A DNA stretch of 64,000 nucleotides from a virus (taxonomy: Duplodnaviria; Caudoviricetes), in the IMG/VR virus record IMGVR_UViG_3300044949_002421, positions 800 through 64,799 of that record. One strand, written 5' to 3'. This document shows positions 1-9,061 of this stretch, piece after piece (positions within the stretch are counted from its first letter, which is position 1; each line of letters starts with the position of its first letter). The translations under genes were made by a program, and so were the position numbers. The notes below the pieces were generated by a model. The model was not told the DNA's origin, made no database searches, and was given only the letters and a program-made list of their open reading frames with translations.

Positions 1-330
1 AAATTCGGTTCGCCTCCGGATAGGGTCAGGACAGCACCCCGCCCCTCTCAAGCCCATTATAGGCCTTTATAAGCCTATTAGCTGACATTATAAATTGACC
101 ATGCTTGGTCGAATAAGCTTGACCACTAGACCACGTCCCCTCCCCTGTACCCCACCCCGCTTTAGCGGGTAGCCATAACGCAAAAGCAAAGTCTCTTCAT
201 TGATTTTCAAATTAAAAATTGAGTCGTCGTTTACGCGTACACGGCAACTTCATATAGCGTTGGAGTGATGAGAAAGGGAAAGGAGAGCCAAGGAGGCAAA
301 GTCAGGGATGGGGGTTCCAAGGGGGAAGGG

Positions 331-347
331 AAACAGCTAGGGTAATT
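331..347 (+). promoter_or_regulatory. Early motif AAACA-N5-GGTAATT (copy 1)
   Basis: AAACA gctag GGTAATT gcattc ATG(354). Confidence 0.8.
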
Positions 348-353
348 GCATTC

Positions 354-665
354 ATGAAAGCCATACTGATCGACCCTCAAGGGAAACCGCCCGTCAGCGA
401 AATCGAAGTCGAAAATGAATTGGAGCCGCTCCAGAAAATGGTCGGCGGCTATCTGGAGGCCCACCGGCTGGAAGGCGGCGATGTCCTCCTTGTGGACGAG
501 GAGTGGACCATGAAGGCCAACCCAAACTTCAAGGGAAAGTTCACCCTCGGCCGGTTCACCTTTGGCGGCCGGGGCCTGATCGTCGGATCCAAGGGCGACA
601 ATTTCACCGCACCCAAACTCAACCTTCTGGCCGCCTCAAGCTTGGTTAATATACATATTAGTTAA
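354..665 (+). CDS. DUF3846-like phage protein
   Basis: MKAILIDP..EVENELEPLQKMVGGYLE..LLVDEE pattern; motif-led start. Confidence 0.7.
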   Translation: MKAILIDPQGKPPVSEIEVENELEPLQKMVGGYLEAHRLEGGDVLLVDEEWTMKANPNFKGKFTLGRFTFGGRGLIVGSKGDNFTAPKLNLLAASSLVNIHIS

Positions 666-680
666 ACTTATCGTCATTCA

Positions 681-832
681 AGTGTCACGAGTGTCCCAAG
701 TGTCACGAGTGTCTTTCACTAAAAAGATAAAAATACCCAAGCGTCACAAGTGTCACAGGGCGTACTGGAGGCTAGAGGAAGCTACAAAGTGTGTTGTGAC
801 AGCGTGACACTCGTGACAGACGTGACACTCGA
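681..832. repeat. 9-bp iteron array AGTGTCACG in direct and inverted orientation
   Basis: AGTGTCACG-like units at 681, 690, 699, 708, 740, 749; reverse complement CGTGACACT-like at 795, 803, 812, 821. Confidence 0.85.
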
Positions 833-837
833 CTTAA

Positions 838-854
838 AAACACGGCGGGTAATT
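838..854 (+). promoter_or_regulatory. Early motif (copy 2)
   Basis: AAACA cggcg GGTAATT ggtgt ATG(860). Confidence 0.8.
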
Positions 855-859
855 GGTGT

Positions 860-1450
860 ATGAACGCCGGCATCTACATCAGAGTATCCACCGAAGACCA
901 GCACACCGACCTACAAAAACAGGAGCTTATCGCCATCGCCCAAAAGCGGGATTGGCAATACGCCATTTATGAGGATTTCGCCATGTCGGGGGCCAAACAG
1001 GATCGCCCCTCCCTCGCCCGCCTCCTTGGGGACTGCCAGTCCGGGGCCATCCAAGTCGTCCTAGCCTACAAGCTCGACCGCTTGGGCCGGTCCACCCAGC
1101 ACCTCGCCGGCATCATCAACACCCTCTTGGAGTGCAACGCCGGCCTCTGCGTCCCGTCCCAAGGCATCGACACCTCCGCCGGATCCATCAACCCCGCCTC
1201 CAAACTCCAGCTCAACGTGCTTGCCGCCGTGGCCGAGTTCGAGCGCGACCTCATCCGCGAGCGCACCAAGTCGGGCATGAAAGCAGCCAAGGCCCGTGGC
1301 ATTCATGTCGGCCGGCGCGCCACCTACACCGAAGACCATAGAAATGTCGCACGAAAACTTTTGTCTTGCGGACCCCTCACCCTCAAGAAACTTGCACCCA
1401 TGGTCGGACTACCCATCACCACGACTTGGAGGATGCTGAAAACCTTATGA
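860..1450 (+). CDS. Small serine recombinase (resolvase/invertase family)
   Basis: YIRVST catalytic Ser, SG..DRP, KLDRLGRS, AVAEFERDLIRERTKSG, GR motif and short C-terminal HTH. Confidence 0.95.
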   Translation: MNAGIYIRVSTEDQHTDLQKQELIAIAQKRDWQYAIYEDFAMSGAKQDRPSLARLLGDCQSGAIQVVLAYKLDRLGRSTQHLAGIINTLLECNAGLCVPSQGIDTSAGSINPASKLQLNVLAAVAEFERDLIRERTKSGMKAAKARGIHVGRRATYTEDHRNVARKLLSCGPLTLKKLAPMVGLPITTTWRMLKTL

Positions 1451-1557
1451 ATATTTTGCTCGATATCCCAGCCCAGCCAAAAGACATCGACCTTCTCGGT
1501 CTTTTGATGCTCCCGATTTTTCTCATTTTGGCCGCGCTTTGGGTTTCCCAAAAATGA
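1447..1557 (+). CDS. Small membrane protein (36 aa)
   Basis: ATGA overlap with recombinase stop; one hydrophobic helix. Confidence 0.5.
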   Translation: MNILLDIPAQPKDIDLLGLLMLPIFLILAALWVSQK

Positions 1558-1763
1558 GCGTCAAGCGTCTTACCTACTTGGATGATGTTCTTGCCTTTGC
1601 TTCCGAAAGGATTCGGACCATCCGGAAAGGCTGGAGCAACGCAGAAGAACGGGCCAACAGGGACATTGTCGCCCACATCGACTTGGCCAGCCAAATCACC
1701 AAGGAGCTTCTCCGGCGGGCCAAAACATTTCAAAAACGCGACATGGAGGTTAAGAAAAAATGA
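1554..1763 (+). CDS. Hypothetical protein
   Basis: ATGA-coupled on both sides. Confidence 0.6.
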   Translation: MSVKRLTYLDDVLAFASERIRTIRKGWSNAEERANRDIVAHIDLASQITKELLRRAKTFQKRDMEVKKK

Positions 1764-1969
1764 AGTTTGAATGCGAAACAGCCGAGCTTGGCAGATATGC
1801 GTCCGAAAAGGTCCTGAAGGACGGGCTTTCCCAGATGACCGAGGCCAACATGTCTCTTTTTGCGGAAAACCAGATTTTACGCTCCCGACTCGACCGGATG
1901 GCCGAATACCTTCGCCACGTTTCCATGCTCCACGAGGAACACGAAACAGGCGGGGTAATTGGTGCATGA
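1760..1969 (+). CDS. Hypothetical coiled-coil protein
   Basis: ATGA-coupled on both sides. Confidence 0.6.
   Translation: MKFECETAELGRYASEKVLKDGLSQMTEANMSLFAENQILRSRLDRMAEYLRHVSMLHEEHETGGVIGA
1944..1960 (+). promoter_or_regulatory. Early motif (copy 3)
   Basis: AAACA ggcgg GGTAATT ggtgc ATG(1966). Confidence 0.8.
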
Positions 1970-2391
1970 AACAAATCATCGCATCCATCCTGATCGCAAC
2001 CGCAACCACCCAAGCCCAGCAGTCTTTCTGGCCGAAGGACATGCAAGTCATGTTCGAGGGCCGGGAATACGAGCTGTCTGCCACAGACGAACGAAAGCTT
2101 ATTTGCCGTGTTCATAAATACATGGGTGGCCACATGTACGAAGTGGAGTTGCCCAGAAAATTTAACTGGGTCGGGGGCGGTGGAACCGTCAGAGGCACAC
2201 GCCAAGGCGAGCCGGTGTATCAATATGAAACCGACCCCAAGAAGCGGATTATCTTGAACATCTCGACTTGGGCCTCGATTCGCGAGCTCCATGTGGACTC
2301 ACGCATGACTAGGGAGAAAAGGGAGACCTACGCCCACAAGGAAAACTGGGAGTCCATCGACAGGACATACGGCTCGGCCTCATGGAAATAG
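1966..2391 (+). CDS. Secreted hypothetical protein (start revised from 1771)
   Basis: Motif-led ATG gives the signal peptide MKQIIASILIATATTQA. Confidence 0.7.
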   Translation: MKQIIASILIATATTQAQQSFWPKDMQVMFEGREYELSATDERKLICRVHKYMGGHMYEVELPRKFNWVGGGGTVRGTRQGEPVYQYETDPKKRIILNISTWASIRELHVDSRMTREKRETYAHKENWESIDRTYGSASWK

Positions 2392-2861
2392 AACTCAGCA
2401 ACTACAAGTGGCCACAGGACGACTTCTCTACATGGAAATTTGCAATTCAGGAACACAATAGGTGGAAGCCATATATGGTCATCATAACCAGAACATTTCC
2501 GGTCGGAGATTTTGATTTTGAGAAACCATCCATCAGCGAGCCACATCGCATTTACAAAACAATGCGGGGATGGAGGGTTTTTTACACGGGAAGGATTGCC
2601 CCGGACATTACCGAAATGCGGTCGGTGATGAAGTACGACGGCGCGGACCCCGACTACATCAAGGTTCTTGGGAAATCAAAATACTACACCGCAAGACTGA
2701 CCCCCAAGATTGATAAATTATGCGCCGATGTCTTTGTCGGCGGAGACGTTGGCGTTGTCTCTTTTTTGTCTGAAAAGGGAAAAAGATTGCCGGAATGGTC
2801 GGCGTTTATCGACATCCACGACAAAATGACAAATGCCACAAACGCCCAAAGGCTTGTATGA
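2382..2861 (+). CDS. Hypothetical protein, possibly AEP-primase-like fold
   Basis: RIYKTxxGWRV..DPxY..ARLTPK pattern; fold guess is weak. Confidence 0.5.
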   Translation: MEIELSNYKWPQDDFSTWKFAIQEHNRWKPYMVIITRTFPVGDFDFEKPSISEPHRIYKTMRGWRVFYTGRIAPDITEMRSVMKYDGADPDYIKVLGKSKYYTARLTPKIDKLCADVFVGGDVGVVSFLSEKGKRLPEWSAFIDIHDKMTNATNAQRLV

Positions 2862-3079
2862 TTACCCAGCTAAACCCAGAGGTTTGGATGATGACCCCCA
2901 AGGGCGAGGGCTTGGCCTTTCTTGTCACCGACTACGGCCTAGACCACAACAAAGTCTTCACCGTCCTGCTCCAGTCCGGAGACATTCTTGATTTTGACCT
3001 TAAGGACTGTCGCAGATGCGAGAACGCAACATACGGCCTGACGGAAATGCCCAAGCCCCCTGCCCCGCACTATCCATGA
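2858..3079 (+). CDS. Conserved phage hypothetical protein
   Basis: MITQLNP..TPKGEG..DYG; ATGA-coupled. Confidence 0.65.
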   Translation: MITQLNPEVWMMTPKGEGLAFLVTDYGLDHNKVFTVLLQSGDILDFDLKDCRRCENATYGLTEMPKPPAPHYP

Positions 3080-3233
3080 GCTGCGAAATCGAGCTTAAGC
3101 TAATCACGGGGATCCCCGATTCAGCAAAAATAAAAACTATAGATATCCAGCATGGAGATATTTCCATGACAACAAGAACACCGGACCTCGACGAGGGCGA
3201 CGCATAAGCAGATAAAGAAATTGCGAACAGGGC

Positions 3234-3476
3234 ATGGTTAAGCACCTTGACGACATGCCCAAAACCAACGAGTACGCTGGCCCAACGGTAAAGGACCGCT
3301 CTTGGGAGGCCTATGACAATTGGGCGAAGAAAAACCCAAAAGAAGCGGCGCTTAATCTTACATCCATGCAGGACGACCCAAGCTTTCGAGAACACGCTTA
3401 CGGCAAGGAATATATCGACGCAGTCAATAAGCAGAAAAAGAAGGAAATGGAAACTTTTAACAAAAAGGTAAAATAA
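3234..3476 (+). CDS. Hypothetical protein
   Basis: Compact ORF in operon. Confidence 0.55.
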   Translation: MVKHLDDMPKTNEYAGPTVKDRSWEAYDNWAKKNPKEAALNLTSMQDDPSFREHAYGKEYIDAVNKQKKKEMETFNKKVK

Positions 3477-3477
3477 A

Positions 3478-3846
3478 ATGCCCTCCAAAGTATTCAGCAA
3501 AGGCGACATGATGGACAACCTCCCGCAGAAAACCTCGATGGGTGGCGGCGGAACTGCCGACTCCTATCGCGGACCCAGCGCCGGCGACATCAAGGCGTAT
3601 TACAAGGGCTTTAATGAGGGGGTTCGCAAGGTTGAGGGCGACATCTTCAAGAGCCAATCCAAGGTTGGGAAAGCCGCCGTCCCGGCGATTGCGGCCACGA
3701 TTGGGTATACCGGCTACAACATGGTCAAGGCGACCAAAGCCGCCAGCGAAATGGAAAACAAAAAAAGCCGAACGGAATACGCAAAGAAGGCTAAAATGGC
3801 CGACAAGCCCCCAAAAATTAACCTTCGTAAGGCCTACGAGGAATAA
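3478..3846 (+). CDS. Basic hypothetical protein, possible virion core protein
   Basis: Lys-rich; terminal motifs shared with 46312-46455. Confidence 0.6.
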   Translation: MPSKVFSKGDMMDNLPQKTSMGGGGTADSYRGPSAGDIKAYYKGFNEGVRKVEGDIFKSQSKVGKAAVPAIAATIGYTGYNMVKATKAASEMENKKSRTEYAKKAKMADKPPKINLRKAYEE

Positions 3847-6818
3847 TGTCAAACGCACCGTACTTAACTGGAGCGCTAGCCCAGCTTCCGGCAGTAGTGC
3901 TTCCACTCGCGGCAAAGGAGGACAAGAATCAGAAGGGAGTTCCCGATGGATACGCCCCGCTGGACTCGAATGCCAAAGTTCCGGTAGCAAATCTTCCCGA
4001 CCAGACATCGCTGGACGCCGAGGTGGACGCAAAGGTTGCGACTCATAACTCCAGCACAACCAATGTTCATGGCATAGCCAACACCGCAAACCTTGTTCTT
4101 ACAAATGATTCACGGCTTGCAGATTCAAGACAACCTACGGCCCACACTCATACTAAGTCAGAGATAACCGACTTTACTCACACCCATGCCGTAGCAGATG
4201 TAACCAATCTTCAAACATCCTTAGATACAAAGTTCCAGACTAACGTGGCGGTTCAAGATGTAACCATTAACAATTTTTTAACTCCGTACACAATACCTTC
4301 TGCAAGACTTAGTGCTTTTAGAATTTTCTTGGGAACCGAAGCGAACAGCGGAGTTGTCCGACTTCCAACAACAGCTAATGTTGGCGACAAGGTCTTTATC
4401 TTGATTGGTTTTTTGGGTTTTACGGGGGGTATTGGCAAAGGTGTTGAAGTGCAGAGTCAACAACTTGCTGGGCCACCACCGCCCTCACTTCAATGGGTGC
4501 AAATCAAAGCATGGCAAGCCAATACCGCCAATGGAGGAATCTTTAATCAAAAAGTCTGCTTTGAGTACAATGGGACGACTTGGGATATAGCATTAGATTG
4601 GACAGCCTTCAGACCTCCAACGCCAGAACTAATTGGCGCAGTATCTACGGGTGACTTCCGCCTTACAAATAGCAGAGCACCTACTGCCCACAAATCTTCT
4701 CACGCAACGGGGGGCACGGACGCCATAACGCCATCCGACATTGGAGCACAGCCAGCGGGGTCTTATGCAGCCGCAAGTCACACTCATGCAATCTCGGATG
4801 TAACAAATCTTCAGACCGAACTAAACAATAAGCAAGCCAGCGGAACTTATGCCACTCTTGTTGGCGGGAAGGTTCCATCCGACCAGCTCCCTAGCTATGT
4901 GGACGATGTTTTGGAATTTGCCAACAACTCCGCATTCCCGGCAACTGGTGAAACTGGGATAATTTATGTTTCGCTCGCAACCAACAAAACATTCCGCTGG
5001 TCTGGCTCTGCCTATATTGAAGTCAGCTCAAGCGAGGTGACGTCTGTAAATACCAAAACTGGAACAGTCACGCTCACCGCGAGTGATGTTGGCGCGCCGT
5101 CCACAACTGACTCATCGGTTACGCATTTGCGGTCCGGTCCGAACAATGTTTATGTTTCTTCGACTGCGCTTGCTTCCGCATCTCTTTCTGGCGGACAAAA
5201 CACGGCAGTAGGCGCTAGTGCGCTTGCTTCCAACACCACGGGAGAAAGTAACACCGCCGTCGGGACAAGTGCGCTTAGCTCTAACACCATAGGATTAGGC
5301 AATACGGGGGTGGGGACGCTTGCTCTTAACTCAAACACCACGGGGAATGCAAATTCCGCTTTTGGGGTAAGTGCCCTTCGGCACAACACCGTCGGCGCAG
5401 GCAACACGGCCGTCGGGACAAGTGCCCTCCAAAACAATACCGCGTTAAACAACACGGCCGTCGGGGTTTCCGCACTTCAATCCAACACCACAGGATCAAG
5501 TAACGCCGCTGTTGGCGCAAATGCGCTTCAAAACAATGATTGGGGAGTCAATAATTCAGCTTTTGGCAGTTCAGCACTTGCCGCAAGCAACGCCTCAGAC
5601 AATTCAGCCTTTGGCAGGAGCGCGCTTGCCGCCAACCTTTCTGGACGATTTAATGTAGCAGTCGGTGGATATGCGCTTAAAAGCAACACAAGCGCAAACG
5701 CCAACACCGCCTGCGGCGAGCAGGCTCTTTCATTTAACCAGACAGGCGCGAGCAATTGCGCAGTTGGACAAGCCGCAATGCTTAACAATGTGTCCGGCGC
5801 AAGCAACTCGTCTCTTGGCGCCGGGTCACTTCAAAGCAATTCTACAGGCTCAAATAATGTAGCCATTGGATTGAATGCAGGGTTGACCATTACTACTGGT
5901 GGCGAAAACACGATTGTTGGCACATCCGCGAATACAGACGCAAACAACAGAAGTAGGTGCGTTGTGCTTGGGGCAAATGCCACTTCCGCCAATGTAGATG
6001 GCTCGCTGTCCATCGGCGGTTCCGGCGGAAACGCAATGACTGGACTAATAACTTCGTCTAGTCCAACGGATTATTTAAGGCTTTGGTTGAACGGGACCGA
6101 ATATAAGGCTCCGATACAACTTGGAAGTGCAACAGCAACAGTTGTTTTGAATAACGATAGCCGTCTACGGGCTATCCCAGCCGCTGTCCCACCAGTATCA
6201 CGGTTTGGTACGGGGACTGTTGGCAGAATCTCAAACGGCCTTTCGGCTGGGGGCTCCATCAATATTCCCGCAAACACCATGAGTGTTTTCCCAATTTACT
6301 TGCCTCAGGCAATCTCGGTTGTCGCCATAAGCCAAAGAACGTCTGGCACAACAGCGAATTGGCCCGGAACTCAGGCCGCGATTTCCTATACTTACAGGTT
6401 TTATTCGCATGGATTAGACAACATGCCGGGAGCTGCGCTTATTGGTAACAGCACTTTTGGAACTCCGGCAAATATAGGAACAAACACAAACTGGACAATT
6501 GATACATCTGGTGGCGGTGGATTTTCCTTGCCGCAAGGCTGGGTATGGATGGGTATTTCCCCGATGGGGACTGCAATGGAAATCGCCGGCATTAGCACAA
6601 CCAATCTTTCTCTCGAGGGAATGATGTTTTCAAAATTAACTGGAGTTGGATTAAACCAGACAAGCACATTTAGTTCTTTTGCAACAGGAATAGCGACTGG
6701 CGGGATGCCGCCAGACACGCTGGCCGACAGAACGGTGGATCTGGCTGCAACAACCGCAAGCCAGTCCACCCTAAGGACCAGAGTGGGGGCACCAATGGTA
6801 TGGCTCCACTACGCATAA
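3846..6818 (+). CDS. Tail fibre / receptor-binding protein
   Basis: HTH..DVTNLQT tail repeats, VTSVNTKTG motif, many NTAVGxxALxSN beta-roll (YadA-like) repeats, distinct C-terminal head. Confidence 0.85.
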   Translation: MSNAPYLTGALAQLPAVVLPLAAKEDKNQKGVPDGYAPLDSNAKVPVANLPDQTSLDAEVDAKVATHNSSTTNVHGIANTANLVLTNDSRLADSRQPTAHTHTKSEITDFTHTHAVADVTNLQTSLDTKFQTNVAVQDVTINNFLTPYTIPSARLSAFRIFLGTEANSGVVRLPTTANVGDKVFILIGFLGFTGGIGKGVEVQSQQLAGPPPPSLQWVQIKAWQANTANGGIFNQKVCFEYNGTTWDIALDWTAFRPPTPELIGAVSTGDFRLTNSRAPTAHKSSHATGGTDAITPSDIGAQPAGSYAAASHTHAISDVTNLQTELNNKQASGTYATLVGGKVPSDQLPSYVDDVLEFANNSAFPATGETGIIYVSLATNKTFRWSGSAYIEVSSSEVTSVNTKTGTVTLTASDVGAPSTTDSSVTHLRSGPNNVYVSSTALASASLSGGQNTAVGASALASNTTGESNTAVGTSALSSNTIGLGNTGVGTLALNSNTTGNANSAFGVSALRHNTVGAGNTAVGTSALQNNTALNNTAVGVSALQSNTTGSSNAAVGANALQNNDWGVNNSAFGSSALAASNASDNSAFGRSALAANLSGRFNVAVGGYALKSNTSANANTACGEQALSFNQTGASNCAVGQAAMLNNVSGASNSSLGAGSLQSNSTGSNNVAIGLNAGLTITTGGENTIVGTSANTDANNRSRCVVLGANATSANVDGSLSIGGSGGNAMTGLITSSSPTDYLRLWLNGTEYKAPIQLGSATATVVLNNDSRLRAIPAAVPPVSRFGTGTVGRISNGLSAGGSINIPANTMSVFPIYLPQAISVVAISQRTSGTTANWPGTQAAISYTYRFYSHGLDNMPGAALIGNSTFGTPANIGTNTNWTIDTSGGGGFSLPQGWVWMGISPMGTAMEIAGISTTNLSLEGMMFSKLTGVGLNQTSTFSSFATGIATGGMPPDTLADRTVDLAATTASQSTLRTRVGAPMVWLHYA

Positions 6819-6843
6819 AGATGAGACAGGAAAGAAGTTGGGC

Positions 6844-6906
6844 ACAAAAAAACCGGAAACCCTTGCCTTGCCGGCTCACGCCGGCAGGGCTTTTTGGGTT
6901 TTTTGT
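6844..6906 (+). terminator. Intrinsic terminator after tail fibre
   Basis: Stem GCCTTGCCGGC-tcac-GCCGGCAGGGC (6865-6890) followed by T-tracts; upstream A-tract. Confidence 0.8.
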
Positions 6907-6984
6907 TTTGAAGACCTCAAACCAGAAGGAGATCACATCAATCTCTGCTGATGTCCCTGCGACATAGACCTGCCTCAACCCTTT

Positions 6985-7179
6985 ATGAGTCGTGAAAAGA
7001 AAATTATGTCCGCGCTTCAATACCTCTGGGACGAGGGCTTTCTAAAGCTCTGGGTGCAGGACGGAGAGGCAAGAGTGGCTCTTACAACAGAGGTTGAGGA
7101 AGCGCATGAGGCAATCCGGTCAAAATTTGCAATTAAAAAGGATTCGGCTGACTGGTGGAAAAATGAAACGAAAAAATAA
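6985..7179 (+). CDS. Hypothetical protein
   Basis: Short ORF upstream of TerL. Confidence 0.5.
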   Translation: MSREKKIMSALQYLWDEGFLKLWVQDGEARVALTTEVEEAHEAIRSKFAIKKDSADWWKNETKK

Positions 7180-7263
7180 AGCCAAGTCTTTGTCAGAAAA
7201 ACGCAGGCTAAACCCAAACTTCGGAATGTGGAAGACTGCGCCATACGGACCCCCGGTTAAAAA

Positions 7264-9000
7264 ATGGCCGAAAAAGAAATAACGCTCGAAACTGTTCAGG
7301 CTATTGCCAGAAAAGACTTTCTCGTTTGGTGGGAGACATGCACAAGGATCCTGAACAAGGATGCCAAGCTAATTGCCCCGCGAGCCAATTATCTTCAGAG
7401 ACGAGCTTCTGAAATTGTTAAATGGCTGCAAAAAAACAAGCACCCTGTTCGACTGGTTGTGCTTAAACCAAGACAGATGGGGTCTTCCACGATCACATCT
7501 GCAATTATCGCCCACTTTCTTAGGTCAAACCCAAACACCACGGCATGCCTTCTCGGAGACGAGCTTGATACATCTCAAAACCTATTAAACATGGTAAACC
7601 GGTATGTTGAGAACGACATACTGGATTGGGGGCAGACCTACTCCCAGAGTCGTGGAGAATTCAGCAACGGAAGCCGGCTTGTCAAGGAAACGGCCAATGA
7701 TCCGGGCGCTGGACGATCCATGACCCTGCAAGCCCTGCTCTGCTCTGAGGTTGCCCACTACCGAAGGGCCGGGGAGCGTTCCGGGGAAAAGGTTCTGCTG
7801 GCAATTCGAAACTGCGTCCCCTCCTCTCCCAATACTATTGTCATAGAGGAATCCACCCCGAATGGGGCCGGTGGGGCCTTCTACAACACTTGGCAATCAG
7901 CCGTTGAGTTCGAGGATTTTAAGAAAGGCATCATGGGCAACGGGTACATCCGCGTGTTTGCCGCTTGGCATGATTTCGATGAAAATGTTGCCCCGTCCGA
8001 CGACATTACCCTGACGTTCAGAGAGCAGGAGCTTAAGGAAAGATTTGAGCTGGACGACAATCAAATTGCTTGGCGTAGGTCTGTTGTAAAACTTAAGTGC
8101 GGCGGGGACAGCAAGCAGTTTGACCAAGAGTATCCATCCGACCCAGTTTCCTGCTTCCTTACCTCCGGAAGGCCAAGGTTTGACCAAGATGGGCTATCAT
8201 TTCAAGAGAAGAACATAAAAGACCCAATCTGTGGGGTTATTGATGTTCCAATGCAAATGACTCGCCCAATCTTTAGGGTAACCGATCCTCAGGAATCATG
8301 GGTGTGGCTATGGGAAATGCCCCAAGAAAACGGATGCTATCTTGTTTCGGTCGATTGCATGACTGGGAGCTCTCAGATTTCCGGGAAAGATCCCGACGCG
8401 CACTCAGTTTTGGTAATGAAGTCAGGATTCCATGACGCCGGCGGCGTTTATCACAAGCCGAAAGTGGTCGCCAGAGTCAGGCCGCCGTGTCGGGTTGATA
8501 TTGATGTCCTTGCCGACTTTGTTTTGAGGCTCTCCTCTTTCTACGGAGGATGTCTCATTGTTCCCGAGGTTAACGGACCCGGGCTTGCCCTAATTGAGCT
8601 TCTCAAAGAGGACGGAGCAAACATCTACCAGCGAGAAATATTTAACCTTCGGGAATCAAAGAGATCGAAGGCCTTGGGCTGGCAAACCACGGACAAGACA
8701 AGAAGGATGATTATCGAGGAACTCGCCTCGCAGATCAGGGATCATAACGAAAAGGACAGCGGCATTTTTGTTATGTGTAAAACAATTCTGGACCAACTCA
8801 GGAGTTTTGTTGTCTCTGAAAGCGGAAGACCTGAGGCCTCCTCCGGGAAGCATGACGACGATGTGTTGGCATTGGCCATCGGAAACGCAACACTCATGGG
8901 GGCAACTAGATACATATCGCCAAGAGCAATAAGGGAAATGCCCAAAGATTTGAGGGACATTTTCCAAACTAGAAAAACGGCATTAAGCAGCTTTAGCTAG
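7264..9000 (+). CDS. terL: Terminase large subunit
   Basis: LKPRQMGSST Walker A, LLCSEVAH Walker B, ESTPNG motif III, VPEVN and HDDDVLALAI nuclease motifs. Confidence 0.95.
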   Translation: MAEKEITLETVQAIARKDFLVWWETCTRILNKDAKLIAPRANYLQRRASEIVKWLQKNKHPVRLVVLKPRQMGSSTITSAIIAHFLRSNPNTTACLLGDELDTSQNLLNMVNRYVENDILDWGQTYSQSRGEFSNGSRLVKETANDPGAGRSMTLQALLCSEVAHYRRAGERSGEKVLLAIRNCVPSSPNTIVIEESTPNGAGGAFYNTWQSAVEFEDFKKGIMGNGYIRVFAAWHDFDENVAPSDDITLTFREQELKERFELDDNQIAWRRSVVKLKCGGDSKQFDQEYPSDPVSCFLTSGRPRFDQDGLSFQEKNIKDPICGVIDVPMQMTRPIFRVTDPQESWVWLWEMPQENGCYLVSVDCMTGSSQISGKDPDAHSVLVMKSGFHDAGGVYHKPKVVARVRPPCRVDIDVLADFVLRLSSFYGGCLIVPEVNGPGLALIELLKEDGANIYQREIFNLRESKRSKALGWQTTDKTRRMIIEELASQIRDHNEKDSGIFVMCKTILDQLRSFVVSESGRPEASSGKHDDDVLALAIGNATLMGATRYISPRAIREMPKDLRDIFQTRKTALSSFS

Positions 9001-9061
9001 CGTATGCGTCGCCTTGTGCGACAAAGATTTGAGATCCCGCCACGGAATGAAAAGTTAAGAC

